DNA of 45,183 nt from Deltaproteobacteria bacterium (GTDB lineage Bacteria > Desulfobacterota > GWC2-55-46 > UBA9637): positions 1 to 45,183 of the forward strand of contig JACQEJ010000051.1 in assembly GCA_016200645.1 (NCBI GenBank). Reading direction: 5' to 3'. Below the pieces are notes generated by a model. It worked only from the letters and a program-made list of their open reading frames with translations, made no database searches and was not told where the DNA came from. Made by a program: the position numbers and the translations under genes. Position 1 is the stretch's first letter. Every line of letters starts with the position of its first letter. Below are positions 43,870-45,183 of the stretch, in pieces.

Positions 43870-44457
43870 TTGATAAAAGTTACGCTGCCGGAGGTAAAAA
43901 TATGGCTGGATACCGGCTGTGGCAGGGGGCAGCTTGTAAACAAGGCTGCCGGGCAATTTCCCGACACCCGGTTTCTGCTTGCTGATCCGTCAAGCGAGAT
44001 GCTTTCTCTAACTAAAAAACGGCTTTGTGGATTTCCGCCTGACCGTGTCCGGTTTATCGGGGCTTTTGGTTCGGCAAATTTGTCGGGAAAAGTTTTGGAC
44101 AAACCGCAGGTAATTACCGCCATACAGTGCCATCATTATATGGACGCGGAGCAAAGAAAAAAGGCTACCGTCGCATGTTTTGAAATTTTGGAGCAAGGCG
44201 GCATGTATATCACTTTTGAAAACGTCCGTCCCGTTACAAGGGACGGCAGAGAAATCGGACTGGACAGATGGGGCAGCTTCCAGCTTTCACAAGGACTGAA
44301 TAAGGAAGTTTGTCGCAGGCGCCGTAAAAGGTTTGACAAAGCATATTTTCCGATTACCGTAACGGAGCATCTTTATCTGCTGGCTGATTGCGGATTCAGA
44401 AGCGCGGAACTGTTCTGGCTTTCGCACATGCAGGCGGGTTTTTATGCAATCAAGTGA
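43870..44457 (+). CDS. Class I SAM-dependent methyltransferase, 5' end disrupted at an A8 tract
   Basis: Motif I is WLDTGCGRGQL. The frame is open upstream to 43761 (RKKKSDNATPFAADDYDVNVRKTIPYYDLFHDETIG) with no start codon. The ATG at 43758 is out of frame because of one extra A in the A8 run at 43765-43772. Confidence 0.75.
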   Translation: MIKVTLPEVKIWLDTGCGRGQLVNKAAGQFPDTRFLLADPSSEMLSLTKKRLCGFPPDRVRFIGAFGSANLSGKVLDKPQVITAIQCHHYMDAEQRKKATVACFEILEQGGMYITFENVRPVTRDGREIGLDRWGSFQLSQGLNKEVCRRRRKRFDKAYFPITVTEHLYLLADCGFRSAELFWLSHMQAGFYAIK

Positions 44458-44513
44458 GCGGGTGGGTTGTTTGCCTGCAGCAAAAAATTTATAAGACTCA
44501 GGAGGAAACCTTT

Positions 44514-44722
44514 ATGGAAACGGTAAAACAGGAAGTAAGCAACCTTCTCGCCAGATTGCCCGACAATTGCTCATTGGAAGATGTTCAGTATCATATCTGT
44601 ATGTTCTTCAGAAGATTGAACGGGGGTTGAAGGATGTTGCGGAAGGAAAAGTTTACACGCAGGAAGAGGTTGAGAAGAGGATGGCGAAATGGTCGCAGAA
44701 ATATTATGGAGGTGTGATGTGA
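44514..44722 (+). pseudogene. Small antitoxin-like gene with an apparent frameshift
   Basis: AGGAGGAAA RBS and ATG at 44514 (METVKQEVSNLLARLPDNCSLEDVQYHI). The sensible continuation LYVLQKIERGLKDVAEGKVYTQEEVEKRMAKWSQKYYGGVM* lies in another frame from about 44597. Its stop overlaps the MNT start (GTGA). Confidence 0.45.
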
Positions 44723-45045
44723 AAAGAAATTTATCCGGCCTTATAGCAAAGCTGGTCGAGAGGCTCAAGGATCGCTATCAACCGGAAAAGATTATTCTTT
44801 ACGGCTCATACGCTTACGGCACGCCTGATGAAGCAAGCGATATCGACCTCTTGATTATCAAAGATACAGCGGATAGGCCCATTGACAGGCGGATAACCGT
44901 GCGGCGATTGGTGTCGGATATAAGAAAGAAGATACCGTTTTCATCATTAGTGCTTACACCAAAGGAATTGTCCGGTCGTTTGGAAATAGGAGATGATTTT
45001 TTCATAGAGATTACGAAAAAAGGAAAAGTTATCTATGAAAGATAG
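44719..45045 (+). CDS. Nucleotidyltransferase (MNT/MntA-like) domain protein
   Basis: ILYGSYAYGTPDEASDIDLLII (GSx10DxD motif). GTG at 44719 with GGAGG 6 nt upstream is preferred over the track ATG at 44689. Confidence 0.8.
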   Translation: MKRNLSGLIAKLVERLKDRYQPEKIILYGSYAYGTPDEASDIDLLIIKDTADRPIDRRITVRRLVSDIRKKIPFSSLVLTPKELSGRLEIGDDFFIEITKKGKVIYER

Positions 45046-45183
45046 AGAATCCCTTTTGCCGAAGGATTGGTTTCATAAAGGCGATATTGATATAAGACGG
45101 GCGGAGATATTGCTTGAAAACGATGATGCGGGAGGAGCCGCATTCCATCTCCAGCAGGCAATTGAAAAATATCTCAAAGGGTA
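45035..45183 (+). CDS. HEPN domain protein (partial, continues past the window end)
   Basis: MKDRESLLPKDWFHKGDIDIRRAEILLENDDAGGAAFHLQQAIEKYLKG is typical of a HEPN (PF05168-like) N-terminus. It overlaps MNT by 11 nt. Confidence 0.7.
   Translation, partial: MKDRESLLPKDWFHKGDIDIRRAEILLENDDAGGAAFHLQQAIEKYLKG

Noticed and set aside
44388-44513. Upstream extension of ORF 44388..44630 (MRIQKRGTVLAF...)
   Set aside because: The extension overlaps the methyltransferase 3' end and has no RBS. ATG 44514 has an AGGAGGAAA RBS and begins the conserved-looking sequence.

Overview
Chromosomal window from a Gram-negative bacterium; the taxon cannot be assigned from sequence alone. Positions 1-16639 are one long minus-strand operon: 3 housekeeping or conserved genes (gmk, yicC, DUF4416) and 13 LPS inner-core genes, namely an ADP-heptose pathway kinase, four GT9 heptosyltransferase paralogs, four GT4, one GT2, one CgeB-like GT, a NodB deacetylase and an O-antigen-ligase-like protein. 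Next comes an AT-rich spacer holding an orphan membrane protein and a REP-associated tyrosine transposase (RAYT). The rest is plus-strand: a fluoride riboswitch with crcB and DUF190, an MFS transporter, holB-ricT-metG, and a TonB receptor / orphan periplasmic binding protein / HAMP-GAF histidine kinase / REC-GAF-HD-GYP module. After that come a TatD-radical SAM fusion, small genes, a roughly 600 bp hairpin-rich non-coding region, nnr, DMT and ZIP transporters, purB, purC and carA. The window ends in a small accessory island with a TumE-like toxin pair, a SAM methyltransferase and a small-gene/MNT/HEPN cassette. No tRNA, rRNA or CRISPR array was seen. The most unusual content is repeat biology. 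More than 15 short tandem arrays with 7-nt units (STRR-like) occur, many inside open reading frames. There are GTAG-headed REP hairpins and nested palindromes of the type outer stem plus two inner hairpins, some inserted in frame in conserved enzymes. Four frame disruptions sit at repeats or indels: a heptamer tract splits an LPS GT4 gene, a C24 tract precedes the histidine kinase, an A8 tract precedes the methyltransferase, and an indel lies in a small antitoxin-like gene. These may be contingency (phase-variable) loci or assembly errors; read-level data are needed to decide. All functional calls come from motifs recognised by eye in the translations. No database search was run.
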